DNA of 64,000 nucleotides, taken from NCBI RefSeq assembly GCF_041146345.1, contig NW_027191405.1, forward strand, positions 1 through 64,000. Reading direction: 5' to 3'. Position 1 is the first letter of the stretch; each line of letters opens with the position of its first letter. The translations under genes and the position numbers were made by a program. This stretch comes from Neodothiora populina (lineage: Eukaryota). Of the stretch, positions 12,297 through 25,120 are shown one piece after another. The notes beneath the pieces were generated by a model. It did not search any database, had not been told where the DNA came from, and saw only the letters and a list, made by a program, of their open reading frames with translations.

Positions 12297-14089
12297 CTAG
12301 TTATCGAATGGCCAGGCCATCTCCCAAGCAGAACGCTCCTGTGGATTGTTTGCAAATTGGTTCAAGAATCTGCGCCTTTACATGTCGAAGCTCACTCTTA
12401 GCCTCAATATATTGCTCGTGACGAACAATACCCCTCTCCGGGAAAAGGTCGCCCAGCGACTCTTTCACTTTGTTCATCAACTCTTGGCTTTTTATAGCCA
12501 TTTGTAAGCTGTCTTCAATTTCTGCAACATCAGCGTCGGAAAATGTCAACGGGAACGGTGGGTGTCCTTGCTGTATTACAAGAGGTAGTTCATGCCACTT
12601 GTCGCGGAGGGCCAAGATTAAGGACATCTCATGAGCTTCACCAATCTCGAATAAACGACGCGCAAGGACTAGAATATCAGTAGCAGGTGATTCTTGGAAA
12701 GCGAGCGCCTGGAAGACAGGCTTGATATGGTTTTCTAAGAGAATCTTGAAAGCGTAGGCAAGTGAATCACTGTAAAACAGTTGCATCACTATTGATTGTT
12801 CATTTTCGCTCTTGTTGTCAGGTGTCGCAGGCATGCTTGGCTTCTTGAATGGGTGGAGATTTGAACCATCATAGTTAAGAAAAGCAGGCACAATGGTGTG
12901 GTCGAATAGAGGAGCAACAGAAACGGACTGCCAATCAATGATCGATAGTATCTGGCTCGGATCCTCTGGATCAACAAAAATGTTTTCGGCATGGAGATCA
13001 TTATGCCATATATATGGTTCAGCAATTCTTTCCACTTCCGGCAGTATGTACGGCAAGATTTTCATGAATGAGTCCAGTGTCTTCAGCTTCTTTGTCACCG
13101 ATGGTTGATAAAGACCAGGACCACAAAGCATCATTAATGTTTTAGGAAGCTGACGAGGTTCCCTGATTGCTGCAATTTCTTTGTGGGCCATGGCTTTTCG
13201 ATAATCCAATGCAGACGTCCCTACATCCAATTAGTATCCTTAATATTGCTCGCCTTAAAAAGTTTTCCATCCACTTACAAGGTCCCCTGTCGCAATGCAA
13301 CAGTCCACGACCATTATCAATCCATTCGCGAGCAGTAATAGGACCAATTGCAAAACGATCACTCTTGACTGCAGCTTCAGAGTCCCGGTCTACGTATAGT
13401 GGAGTCGTTCTGGCTATGTTTGGTATATCGTTGGTGTAGTAGAGGCTGCCAATTCTCGAGAACGACTTGTTAGAGCATATCTTTAGATATCTTGCAATTG
13501 CTCGAACAATCATTGCCCTTCTTCTGAAATCAAGTCCTGGCCAGACTTGTTCGAGAGGTACGCCCTTAGCCTTTTCCATAATGATATACACTGCCCCGAT
13601 CGCATTGTTAAAATTCGAGCTCCACGTGATAACTCGAGGTACGGGTATTCCAAGATCGTTGCGTGCCTAATCAGTCAATCAGACATCCAATCGATTACCT
13701 AAGTAAGCTTGAATTGCTAATAGGTTAAGACCTACAAGATCCATTGTAGCGACTTCACTTGCTGTGGTGCAATGTGGCCTACCAGCATTTAGATTAGGCA
13801 CCTTAGCTATGACTTGCTTGCCATCCTCCATTGTGAGAACGAAAGCTTTGTTGTACATGCCATCTGAACATTTCTCGATGTTACTGCAATACGAAGATCC
13901 TACAGCGACTGCAGCTGCGCTGCATAACTCATTCATGTCAGACTCGATATGTCTTTGCGACATCTCGTGCGTCTCATCGCAGACGAAGCGACCGCGCGAG
14001 AAACGGAAGAAGTCATCGGATCGATTTAAGGCAGCATTTGTATGGGTAGCACGCGTGAAAGAATTCTTGAAAGTCTGTCCACGCAACAT
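12297..14089 (-). CDS. APH/choline-kinase-like phosphotransferase family protein; introns 13735-13667 and 13278-13221; probable +1 frameshift near 12359
   Basis: Motifs FFRFSRGRF, DGMYNKAF, AKVPN...TTASEVATMD, PVPRV, YIIMEKAKG, WHNDLHAENIFV and IIDWQ. Both introns are canonical and splice in frame. Confidence 0.75.
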
Positions 14090-15417
14090 GCCTTGAGATA
14101 ATCTTGTGCGATGGATTAGGTATGAGCACGAAATAATTGAGCCGTTGTTGTTAATAATGATGCATCGTCGCAATTTGAAGTGCTTAAGGCCTAAAGATCA
14201 GCGGAACCTCGGCCAATATGATCTGCATACTGCAAACCTGGTAGTGATGAGACGCGCCTTGGCGCCAGTACTGTCACATTCGATCGAAGAAGTAAAGCAG
14301 CAACAGCAATTGATCAATCAAGACTCTACATCCCAGCGCCAGTTTTCACACCAGCGGACTAGTGTACCGACCGAATGAAGCTGCAAGCTGCAATGAATCT
14401 CTATCATATGTAGATCAACTTGCTCCGCAAACTTATCGCAGGTAAGCCCGAAATCTTACATCTTCTTTTTCAAGTCGTCGAAGACATTGTCCACCAAACG
14501 TTTCGCAGTTGCATCATCCGCATACGAGAGCGGCGAGTTCGAAGCACAGAAGGACGATTGATTGCCAGATGATGGAGATAATCGAGGACGAAAGCTATCA
14601 TGAACTTGCCACGACCTGTGGTATGACCGGGCTCTATTATTACACCGATAAAAGTGAGTCATTGTCGGAATGCGTTCATCGAATCTGCCTCGTTTTATTG
14701 ATCTACGAACTTGGCAGTCTCATCTGTAAAGTTGTGGAATTTCAATGCATCGACATACTAGATACCAGAATCTGGGCCATGTAGCACACGCGAAAGCAGT
14801 CTCAATTCATCTGACAGCGAGGAACGATGATTCCATTGACGTTGTCAAGTACAGTCTTGTTTTCCGAAAGAAATTTACTCACCACTTGTCTACAAGAACG
14901 GTCGATGATGCTAAGAGTTACTACATCGGGGAAAAACCAAATCCGGGACACGAAGATGTTGCCCTCACTCGTCAAATGTAGTAGACTCGAACGACAACAG
15001 CCGAGGTGGCCACTCTATTTCACTGTACCTATATGCTGCTAGTCTAAGCGCCAGAATACTCCCAAGCGGAACGGTATTGATCCCCATATATAGCATATAG
15101 TGACACGTTCTCTGTCAGTAATTACTCTATCACTTTTTAGACCCAGTGTACGTCAGCAAGTACTCTACATACCTGGGCCCTTGACCTGGCTGTGTCTCGA
15201 AGTCTTACGGGGACCTCCATCCATCGCATTCACAGGAGGGTCTCTTTCGCATGGAGTAGCTTTCCACGCTCAATCTTGGTTCATGTATATGTTGTGGGCA
15301 TCTCAGGGGTGCCTGACCATGGCATTTGCGATCTGTAAGGAACATTACCAAGTACGTTGATACTAGTGTTAGCGATAAGAGAGGAGAAAACAAGACAGAA
15401 GACATGTTGATGCTCAA

Positions 15418-16250
15418 CTCCCAACAGTTCTTCGTACCCAGTGGCCAATTTTTTCAACGATGCGTCAGCTTCTGGCGCTCTACCTGCCATGAATTCGCAG
15501 ACATGCTGTTGTGCCTCATGTATATCTATCGTGATGTCCGCCCCAGCGTCTTTCGCCTTATTAGCCAGCCTCACCCCATCATCACATAATATATCGAAGC
15601 CGCCACATGATATCCATGTAGGCGGAATCTGGTCCAGATTTTCTGCGAACAAAGGCGAGACAAGAGATTCGATCTTGATGACTCCTGCCGTAAATTGGTT
15701 CGCAGCCATTTCTAGAATCGACTGCGTCTGGAGTGTGTCCTGATGAGATTTGCGAATGATGCTGGCGCTGGTATTAGTGAGGTCACACCATGGGGACAAC
15801 GCTACAGCCGCTCCAGGAAGAGGCAGCCCTTCTTTCAATGCTGCGAGCGGAATGCTAGCAGAAAGCGCACCACCCAAAGAGTCTTCTGCGATGATAACAT
15901 CTTCTGCTCTAGACCCATGGGACAGAAGCCATCAATACACTGCTAGATAGTCCTCCTCGGTGTCGAGATGTACTTGCTCGGGTGCAAGGCGGTAGTCGAC
16001 TATTAATGCAAACATGTTGCATGCTTTTGCTAGATGAGCAGCAAGTTCGCGATGGCTATTCGTCAACCGGAGAGTGTAGCCGCCATCGTGACGGAAGAAC
16101 ATGACATGTTGCTTTGATGCGTTTCCGGTCGAGCCCATTTGCAAGGAACATTCTCGGGGACAGAATCCCTAAAAGAGACGCCGGGGCACTCCACAGCTGC
16201 CTGATGGACTCATATGCGGAGCAAGAAATGGAAAGATCATTACTTTCCAC
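15418..16250 (-). pseudogene. HSL-family esterase pseudogene
   Basis: HDGGY in place of HGGGY, VDYRLAPE, an in-frame TGA at ~15932, EDSLGG in place of GDSxGG, then LSPWCDL, VSPLF, DILCDDG and QQHV. Confidence 0.8.
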
Positions 16251-17137
16251 AAGTACAATACCCAGGATATCTTATTCTTTCGAAGAAGCCATGCCAGGGG
16301 GCTCAGTGTAAGTTGTTGCTTGACTGATTGTGAAGAGATGAACATCACCCTATGGAGGAGAGTATATATAGGACGAGTTGCTTTGTAAAGCATGTTTCGG
16401 CACTTTCATCTCGCGGCAGGGTCTTCAAAGTCGATTTCAGATTGAACAGACTATAGACATCCGATTGCAGTCTGCGTAGAACCGATTGTCAAGACAATGC
16501 GTGGTGACTTGTCGTTGTGGTGGAGGCATGTTCGCCGCCCCACGTACGGCCTGTTCCTCCCGCTGGCGGCCTCTTTACACCCCTCCTGAATGATTTCGGC
16601 CCATTAAATTCTCACCGCATCAAAAGCAGACCAAGCCTGCTCATAAGCATTCAGGATTATAGCAGTAGGATAGCGAAGCTCGGAAGCCAAGGGGGAGAGG
16701 CCCAACGGTCACACTGTTCTCTCGACTCCGCGATTGGCTTGTTCTGCTTCGCCATGTTTGTAAGCCTTCGCATTCAGCCTATACGTGGACACTTGCTATC
16801 TTGACTTGAATATGCACAGTCTAGCTGTAGTAGAATGGTATCTTGTAGAAAGCGTATGAAGTAATCGGATCGTGTGCCGGGCTTCTTGACATTTTCTTCT
16901 TTTGTCCGTTCGCACTAAACATGGAAAGTGCTTGTAACCTGCTGAAATTGCGAGGTATTCATTTCGTCTCTTATACAATACATTATGTAATTTGTCATGT
17001 ATCGGTAAGTCGAAGCGTGAGCTACTTCGACGGATCTTCAGTTTTGTTCCAGGATGTATCGAGTCCGTTGTCTGAACAGTGACACGGATTTGAAGCTCAG
17101 ATCCATCATACACTCCTGGACCGCAGTCTTCGAACAC

Positions 17138-18457
17138 TCAGGGCTTTTCTCTCTGCATCAGTTCGACGGGCTGCGCTCGTGAAGGATCGAGTTCCACCAG
17201 AGCTGGAGCAGAGCTTAATTGATGCAGTTCCTGACTGTCGAGCTCGTACTGCTGATCGTTGTGCCCGTATTTGTGAGCTACATACTCATTACTGGTAGTA
17301 ACATCTGTGTAGTGTTGATTGTGAACATCGGAATGCGAGTCCTCGACTTGTGTATGAACTGGAATGTGTCCCCGTCCTGCGCCTTTTCGCTTTCGCAGGA
17401 ACAACAAAACGACGGCAAGGATGAGAGCAACGCCAACAACACTGCCTACTGTTGCACCAGCGATTACTCCAGCTCTGCTGCTCTTACTACTCGAGGTCGC
17501 CTTCCCTGTCAGGTTGGGTAGCGCAGCAATAGTACGGTTGCCCATCACAAGTGGCCCTCCACCCTCTTTGAGATAGCAGTTTTCGTATCCATCACCCATC
17601 GTATCATCGAATTCCACCCCCCAGCAAGGCTTTGTAGGATCCTGGTATGCGTCGCATGTATTAATACAATCATGCAAGTCATCAGCGTGGACCGATTCGA
17701 TGGTGGTATTGACGATATTCATGTTGCAGTCGATCTTGAATGAGCTGGTACTGGAATTTGGTGCATAGTTCCCACCATCAACGCACGAAGTGTCATTTGA
17801 TTTCTCGGGTAAAGATGCGATGGCGAAGTGTGACACATAATTCTTGGGGGTAAAGAATGTGGTCGAGTCGGTTGTGTTGTTGCTGCTTTTGGGATAGCAG
17901 TTGGGCCAGCCGTTTGTCATTCCTGGATTCCATGCTACAGCTGAACACAATGGATGAGTTTCGGCGCATGACTCCATACATTCGGACAGTGAGTTGGCAT
18001 GGAAGGGATAGTTTGCGTTCAAGGCGCCGACATCTGATCCATACATGTCTTTGTTGCAGTAGACTTGGAATGTCAATCCTGAGTCTGTTTTCGCAAACGA
18101 CTCGTCAGGGTGCCCACAAGCTGTGTCGATGTCGCTGAACTGCGAGGCGTACGCAATCGCACTATGCGTGACTTTCTCATAATTAGGCAGAATCTGGTCG
18201 TTGATAATGGTGACGTTCTTCAGAAAGCACTGGCCCAACTGGATGTTGAACGCCACGCCATAGCATGTACTATTGGTGGCCTGCCGATCGGAGCATGTAT
18301 CCATACATTCAGCAAAGGAATTTACTGGTACATGGAAGAGATCGTTGTTGGGCATGTTCGCATTGCAGGTACGATCGAACACCAGACCATTTGGTGTAGT
18401 GTAGTTGCCCACTGCGCAGGAGGTATCGTACCTCTTGTCTAGTGCTGAGTTGAACAT
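17138..18457 (-). CDS. Single-pass membrane protein with about four Cys-rich PAN/apple-like repeats
   Basis: Repeated C..(S/D)xxECMxxC...CxGVxF...CY(L/P)K units, a hydrophobic helix GVIAGATVGSVVGVALILAVVLLFL followed by RKRK, and a cytoplasmic tail with (V/Y)ELD repeats. The true start or signal exon is uncertain. Confidence 0.75.
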   Translation of the reverse strand: MFNSALDKRYDTSCAVGNYTTPNGLVFDRTCNANMPNNDLFHVPVNSFAECMDTCSDRQATNSTCYGVAFNIQLGQCFLKNVTIINDQILPNYEKVTHSAIAYASQFSDIDTACGHPDESFAKTDSGLTFQVYCNKDMYGSDVGALNANYPFHANSLSECMESCAETHPLCSAVAWNPGMTNGWPNCYPKSSNNTTDSTTFFTPKNYVSHFAIASLPEKSNDTSCVDGGNYAPNSSTSSFKIDCNMNIVNTTIESVHADDLHDCINTCDAYQDPTKPCWGVEFDDTMGDGYENCYLKEGGGPLVMGNRTIAALPNLTGKATSSSKSSRAGVIAGATVGSVVGVALILAVVLLFLRKRKGAGRGHIPVHTQVEDSHSDVHNQHYTDVTTSNEYVAHKYGHNDQQYELDSQELHQLSSAPALVELDPSRAQPVELMQREKP

Positions 18458-20179
18458 GATATCGGTAAGACTATGGTGTCGAATGCAGTCGCTTGACCAT
18501 GCTACAAACAGATAACAAGAGATGGCGAGAAGAGAGGTCTGAAATCAATTTGGGAGGCCTCAAGTCGCTACATAAGATGTAGTTTGACAATGGATCAATC
18601 TTTGCTCGACTTCCATCCGCTTATCGTCAAAAAAGAAGTCCAAAGTACTTGCAGCTAAACTCAGACATACCAATCTGGAAGTGAACGACAGCCAATAGCC
18701 TGCATATTTGCAGAGTGCCGTGAGTGGCTGGCGACGGAATGTGTGATGCTATTGCATGGCGCGAGTGTAGCTCAGCCATCATCACTTTCTCTAGGAAATC
18801 AAGGATCCGCGAAGAATCCTTTTCCTTTTCTGTAAGAGGCAAGTATCCGCAGAGTGGATGATATAGAATTTATGGCAATATACTATTAATATATTGACAT
18901 CGATCACGCACCCGTGCAACAATGTATGTTTATGCAGGGACATGGAGGCACTTCGGTAAATTGGGCTCTACTGGACTTGGAAGACAATTATACATCTGTA
19001 TACTCATGACGCTCTTCAAAAATAGACATGTTGTACACAAATGGAGACAGATCAAAGCACGGTTGGTCGAGCGATGCTATTCGAGTGTGGACTTGTGATT
19101 TGTTTTGACAAGTCTCACGATTCCGAGAATATCACAAGGACACGACAAGACAAATTCGTTGACCCAATTTGTAGAGGGTGGGCAGGATACAAAGCAGAAT
19201 AGATACACCGCCCTATTCTTTGAGATATTTTGGCCTCATCAATATTAGGGCCTTGGGAATGCGCCGATCCTACAAAATTCTCCGAATAGCGACTCAGCTT
19301 ACAGAAACGCGAAGAGCGTCTCTAAACATGTCGATTCAAGTACTAAAAGATTTCACCCCACTGGTAAAAACAGCTAATTTGGTGTTCACCAATCCCAGTG
19401 ACTTCTTGAGTCCTATAGTCACTTGTTGACAGAGGCTCACAGCTACAAATAAGTGGAGGCGCATCGGAGCAAAGTCTGATAATCCTTTTCGGCCGATCGA
19501 TTTCAAGTTCCGAAACATGACTATATATATTACGACCCAGTCTCATTCCCCCTGGCGATACGTTGGGCAGAGGCGACTACTGTCCATGCCGACACGGCCA
19601 TGTCCATTACTTTGACAAGTACGTCTGCAGCGCAATATTGCAGTATGTACTCCGTAGGTCCCTTGCACACGCGCGAAACGCAGCCATGCTCGTCGCTCGA
19701 CTTCTTGCGTTCCCAGCTACAGCAGAGAACACGACCGGCGTGGGACGCCAGTGATACCGTTGCTGAGGTACTGAAAAAGCTGTGGATAGACTGCTAGTAC
19801 TGTAGATGGTCTGAAGCTGTTGGACTCTTCACGGAGGATTGTGCTATTCCCATCTTTCCTGCACACAAAACACACTCGAACGTGTCGCCGCATAGTTATG
19901 ACACTCTTGTTCTGACGCGATGCTTGCTGATAAAGTCCAACATCGACCAGCAAAACAGGATACACAGCTACATGATGCTGATTACAGGAAGATGACCAAT
20001 CGAACCTGATTAGAAATGTAACTTGTGTACAGAGTACAAGAACCCTTCATTATTATCAATCACACAGGTGCGGGGCAACTGGCGCTGTGCGTTCTTACAT
20101 ATGTTACCCATCGTCCCTCTGCACAACAACACAAGTCCGCTTCCAAGTTGAGACTACTCTAGATCATAATAATCCCAAA

Positions 20180-21002
20180 ATGTCGTCCAGTCTACCAGTG
20201 ATGTTGATACTCGGCGCAGGAGCCAATATCGGTGCTAATGTTGCCCAAACCTTTGCAGCAAACGGCTACAAAGTCGTGCTGACGTCCCGGACCGCGGTCA
20301 AGGGAGACGACGATTCTGCTTACACACACATTCAAGGCGATCTGTCAAAGCCTGATACTGTTGCAGACATATTCGCCAGAGTCAGAACACTTGCTGGGGA
20401 GCCCAGTATGGTAGTGTATAATGGTCAGTTACTTGACCGACTGATAGTCCCCACTTTCGCATGACCAGCGTTCTGAATCAAATCAGCAGCGGCAGCGGCG
20501 ATGACTACCAAAGAGGATCCGTTCGCGATAAGCCTGGAGACCTTCCAGCAGCACCTCGATATCAATACTACGAGTGTGTTCTCGGCTATCAAGGAGACAT
20601 TGGTTTCCTTCGCCTCGCCGACTCTCCCAGCAACAGCTTCACGAACATTCATATATACTGGAAACGCACTGAATACAATACAGATGCCAGCATTGCTAAC
20701 ACTAGGCGTCGGTAAGAGTGCCTCGGCGCATCTCATCGCATGCGCAGCATCAGCTTATGGGCCCAAGGGTTACAAGTAAGTCGAGGTGGCCACGCCCCTG
20801 TACAGAATGGTACTGAATGGAAGACCTCAGATTTTATTACACAGATGAACGACGTCTGGATGGGTCTGTAGCCGGGCAAGGTATAAGCGGTGAGGCCCAT
20901 GCCGAATTGTACGACACGCTTGCAAAGGCAAAGGCACAGGGTCCGTGGCTGCAGACTTTCGTCAAAGATCATGGTTATGTCGATTTTGCTTCCAAGCAGT
21001 AG
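20180..21002 (+). CDS. Atypical short-chain dehydrogenase/reductase (NAD(P)-binding); introns 20424-20486 and 20776-20830
   Basis: LILGAGANIG Rossmann motif, GDLS, VVYNA, FIYTGN, LGVGKSA and FYYTDER. Splicing joins three ORF-track fragments in frame. Confidence 0.82.
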
Positions 21003-21059
21003 TTTATCTTCATCCGAACTCAGAATCAAGCCTTGGCTCGCCGCAGTATGGAAAGACCA

Positions 21060-21340
21060 CCAGTCATGATCTGCGGGTGTGCATCAGAGGGCCGGCGGAT
21101 GTACCAGACTATCGGGTTGAGATGATGGAACACGATGAAGTGGCGAGCGCTGTGGAGATGAAGGAAGTGGTAGTGAGGCACAAGGATCGCGGTCCTCGGC
21201 AAGGCCTACGAGAGCCCGTTTTCCATCAGAGCCGAAGTTCGGAATCAGAAGGTGAGCTACATGCAGTTCATGGAGGATGCTCTAGGCACATCGGCCACTT
21301 TTGCTCGCAAGGGAAAGACGACTTATGAGGTCGAGGAGGG
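21060..21340 (+). pseudogene. SnoaL/NTF2-like protein relic
   Basis: Hand translation from 21183 gives RIAVLGKAYESPFSIRAEVRNQKVSYMQFMEDALGTSATF, resembling the C-terminal SPFxI...YMQFMED segment of small NTF2-like proteins. No start or intact N-terminus. Confidence 0.45.
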
Positions 21341-21444
21341 AGTATCATCTGGGGATTGGCGATGTAGCCGGAAGATCGTAAAGCGTAACCATCATTAGGG
21401 CTGAGAATCATTAATGCCACGGCAATTCTCCTTTTTGATTAACA

Positions 21445-22935
21445 TTAGAGTGAGCGGCGTCTGGAGAGATCAGTTTTCCACCGTAGACCAGCGTTCCTCG
21501 CATCGTCAAGAACATTGATCACGTCCTCTTCCTGACGAGCCAGATCTTCGTGGCCTTGTTGAATGGCCGCCTCGATGTCCCGTATGGCCTCGTCTCGAGT
21601 CTGGTGCAACTGTGCAATGGCATCGTCGGTGTCTTCACGCAGTTCTACCTGAGCTTGGACATGACCGTCACTCACAGTGGACAGAAAGGTCTCCATATTT
21701 GCATTCAAGATGGTATCAGTGATGCTGGGTAATTTGACATCAACGAACGTTTCAAGTCGGCGGCCCAGCTTCTGGTCCAGCAGATGATCGAGTTCAGCAC
21801 GTAAGAGAGGGTCAAGGCGAGTCGGCCTGACTGGCGATACTTGTTCTGGTCTCGTCGGAACCTTTTGCTGTTCTTGTGTCGCATGAATGGAAAGATCCAA
21901 GTCCAGACAGGGCGCTGGTTGTAGATGAGCAAAGGCCTGTTGGAATGCACTCTTGATGAGCTCCGGCGGCAATCGCTTGAACGTCTCGCTGAGCATGCGC
22001 ACGACATCTGCGGAGGCAGCAATGTTCTTGTGGAAAGGCGTCGGCCGAATGTCTGATTTCCCATCTCTTGAGCAGGCTGAAGTGCCGGTGCCTTGGGTGC
22101 TGGGGGTGTTGACCTCCGTGGGAGAGCCTGGCGGAGGCGTGTTGAACAGCGCGCGCTTGAACAGAGGCCGATCGAAGGCTGCTGGACTTGTTGATTTATT
22201 CCGAGGCCGCTTCTTGACGGGCACAGAAGCACGCGACGGCGACAGCGACTGGCTGTAGCCTGGAGGACCGAGTAGAGAGGCGGGATGAATGTCGCTCCAG
22301 TCACACTCTTGCGCTCCACTGCCGCCGGCGAGTCTCCGCAGGTCGATTGCAGGCGAATGCAGCTTTTGGTCTGTCACACATTGTGCGAATTTCTCTAGGC
22401 GAAGCCATCGATCCTTCGAGAGCTGCTTCCTCCCGAGGTAGATGGTGAGGCGAGTCGCCTGGCAGATGCGAGAGAAGGCGATGAAGCTGTGCTCTTCGGG
22501 CTTCTGCGGGCGCATGGGCAGATTGGTCTGTGGACAGATGACGCGACCGGCAGCCCTGAGGGTCAGTGTCAGACTGAGCACGTCGGCGGCGCTCTTGATG
22601 GAATCATCCGGCATCGACGAGAGCAGACGCTGCGGCACAAGGTTCGACATCAAGTCACAGCGGATCATGTTTTCGGGGCGAATGAGGAGTGAAAGAGTAC
22701 ACGGCCTGTCCGATGCTTCCAATTCGAGGCTATGGCGCATGGTTATTGACGCTTCGGCAGTCGTTTCATCATGTTTGACATAGAGCTCAAACAAATGAGA
22801 CGCATCGTCGTCGTCGTTGTCGTCGTCGTCGAAATCTGTCACGTGAGCAAGGGCAGGCTTCCTGCGAAGCAACCAGGCATCCGACGCTTTCATCACTTCA
22901 ACAAATACTCACGACCCAGTATGAGACCAATTCAT
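21445..22935 (-). CDS. Hypothetical protein with Pro/Ser-rich linker and C-terminal coiled-coil-like region; probable intron 22912-22862
   Basis: 483-aa open frame. A GTGAGT..CAG intron joins MNWSHTGS in frame to KPALAHV. No recognisable domain. Confidence 0.65.
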
Positions 22936-23426
22936 CAGTCTTGACAACGGCTCGTCACATGAGAGAAAGACAGACACTTGTGATTCTGTTTCGATATCTC
23001 TCGCCAGCGTAGGCGTGGGGCGAAAGAGAGGCGGTATAGAGCTATCGACCTGGACACCCGTCTTCATCAGAGACACATCAAGACCGTTTTTTGCGGACCA
23101 CTCTCTCAATGCCGTGGCGGTTCTGCCACAAGTCACACCCTCCAGGCCTGCAAAGCAAGCACTGGAGATCGCTGAAGAATGGTGTGACCGGCGACAGATA
23201 CGGCCAGGCAGAGAAGCGGATCGGCAGCGAACGGTCGTGATTGTCGCGGACTTGGAGGATGACAAACTCAAGAACAGATATACCGCCAACTATGAGATGA
23301 AGAGCGATGGCTCAAGTGCAGGAAGTGCAGTGGTTGATGAAGAGCTCAAAATAAGGTACTGTACCTTACAGTAGCTGAGAGGAATGTGACGGGCGTCGCT
23401 TCCGCATCAGGAGAGCATTCAAAGGG

Positions 23427-23451
23427 CAAGTGCCAAGTGCCAAGTGCCAAG
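23427..23451. repeat. Tandem heptamer (CAAGTGC)x3.5
   Basis: caagtgccaagtgccaagtgccaag read directly. Confidence 0.85.
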
Positions 23452-23535
23452 ACTGAAGCCTGGCTTACCTTAGTCACAATCTCTCAACCCTGCAACACCT
23501 CCATAATTACCTTGTAGTAGCCTAGCTACCTATCC

Positions 23536-24304
23536 TCAAACTACCTGTAGGTAACTCATGTCGCCAACAATCTCTGAATATCGTCTGTAACTCTCCTGTA
23601 GACTCTGACCACTGCGCGCGCGCGATGAATAACATGCCCGCCCTCGCTCGAACACCAGGTCATGACTCTCTCTGACGTCCTCGGCATGCACGCAGCAATA
23701 ACCTCCATCATTGTCAACCGCCACACAGCTGTGCCATGGTGACTTCTGAAAACTCCCATCCTTGGCCGGTATCAACGCAATCGAAAGCTTGTTTGTGCCA
23801 GATGACGGGTGCATGGACAGTCGAACGTGATGAGGATTCAACGTCCGAATCGCAAGTGTAAATGCTTCCGATCGCTGCATCATCTTTCTCGCCGTCTTCT
23901 TGTAGAGCCTTGTCTTGGCCGAATTTGCTCGCCCTACGACGGCCGCGCTGCTTTCCATCTCTGACTGTAGAAATCTCACCATGCCGCAGTAGGTCAAGCT
24001 TGTGTCCTTGTCATTCTTAATCAACGTCGTCAGTGTCTCCTCCGCTAGAGCGAACCCTTCTTCGACTTCTGTACGACACTTTTCCACACTCCCGAGATAA
24101 GCTTCTTTGCTCATCTCACACACTCTCTCTTGTGACGTTCGGACTGATCTCACCGTTAAGTAACACACCATCCGATGCAATGTTGATTACGGCTCCTGGA
24201 TCGTACACCCGTCGGATATCCTCGCCCATCGCGTGCAGACGACGCATGGCTAACTCTTCTCCCAAGTCCGGAAGATGACCGAGCACCTTGTTCCGACGGT
24301 CCAA
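23536..24304 (-). pseudogene. Isocyanide synthase (DIT1/PvcA, pyoverdine/dityrosine biosynthesis family) relic
   Basis: KVLGHLPDLGEELA..RL..VYDPGAVINIASDG in one frame and MMQRSEAFT...VRLSMHPS...KLSIALIP...SPWHSCVAV in another. The segment normally between them looks deleted. Confidence 0.78.
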
Positions 24305-25120
24305 CTACACATCCCGCGATTAGTATCTTTAGTGTGTCGATCCTTACAACACAGGCACTTTTGCTATTTCCAAATATGAAGATGTTTCATGGGCAGTAGC
24401 TGAGACCAAAGTTCCAGCTATGGGCACCTCACAGCGGCGATGAAGATGTTGGTCCTGCAGGATCTCGGGGCTTTCGCTTCGACCATGCTCTCCTCACATA
24501 ACAGACTTAGACCATTGTCCGTCTATTTTGGTCTGAAGAGTGAAGGAAGGATATGGTGTAGCCCTTGCGAAGCAACATGTTGTGCCCTCGGTAAACACTC
24601 AGACATAGCCTATTGATCGGACCCCACGAGTGATGGTATGAGTGCCCCTCGGTGGTGAGCGTCGAAATACGACATGGCGTAGACTTATCAACCGAATACC
24701 TCGGGAATGCTCCACCATACTGCCTTTGCAGATAGACGGGAGCCATAATACCGTACAAGCTATTGATCACGGCCTCCGAGTCGTTCCAGAAGTTGCAGTC
24801 CCAGACAAAGGAACTAAGATAATCTAAGGCTGTGTCTGCACACTTGACATTCTCGATGTGGCGCCCCAACTGTCGACCAGTCATGAGATTCATAGCACAT
24901 CATGAATAATGTGACGAGTGGCGAAGTCAAGAACGGCTTGTTCGTCGGGCTGGGCCGGTGGGCCTTCGAACCATTGCGAAAATGTGAGTGGCACTAATGG
25001 ACTGATCACAAACTCACGTTGCGACCAGACTCTGAGCGGTATATATATATGTGGTTATACATCTGGTTGTAATCACCAATAAGCTCATGTTCTTTTGACT
25101 TGCTCATATCTGTCTACATC

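Noticed and set aside
14456..15042. Coding-like minus-strand fragments with a possible intron
   Set aside because: Multiple stops and no family I could recognise; may be another relic.
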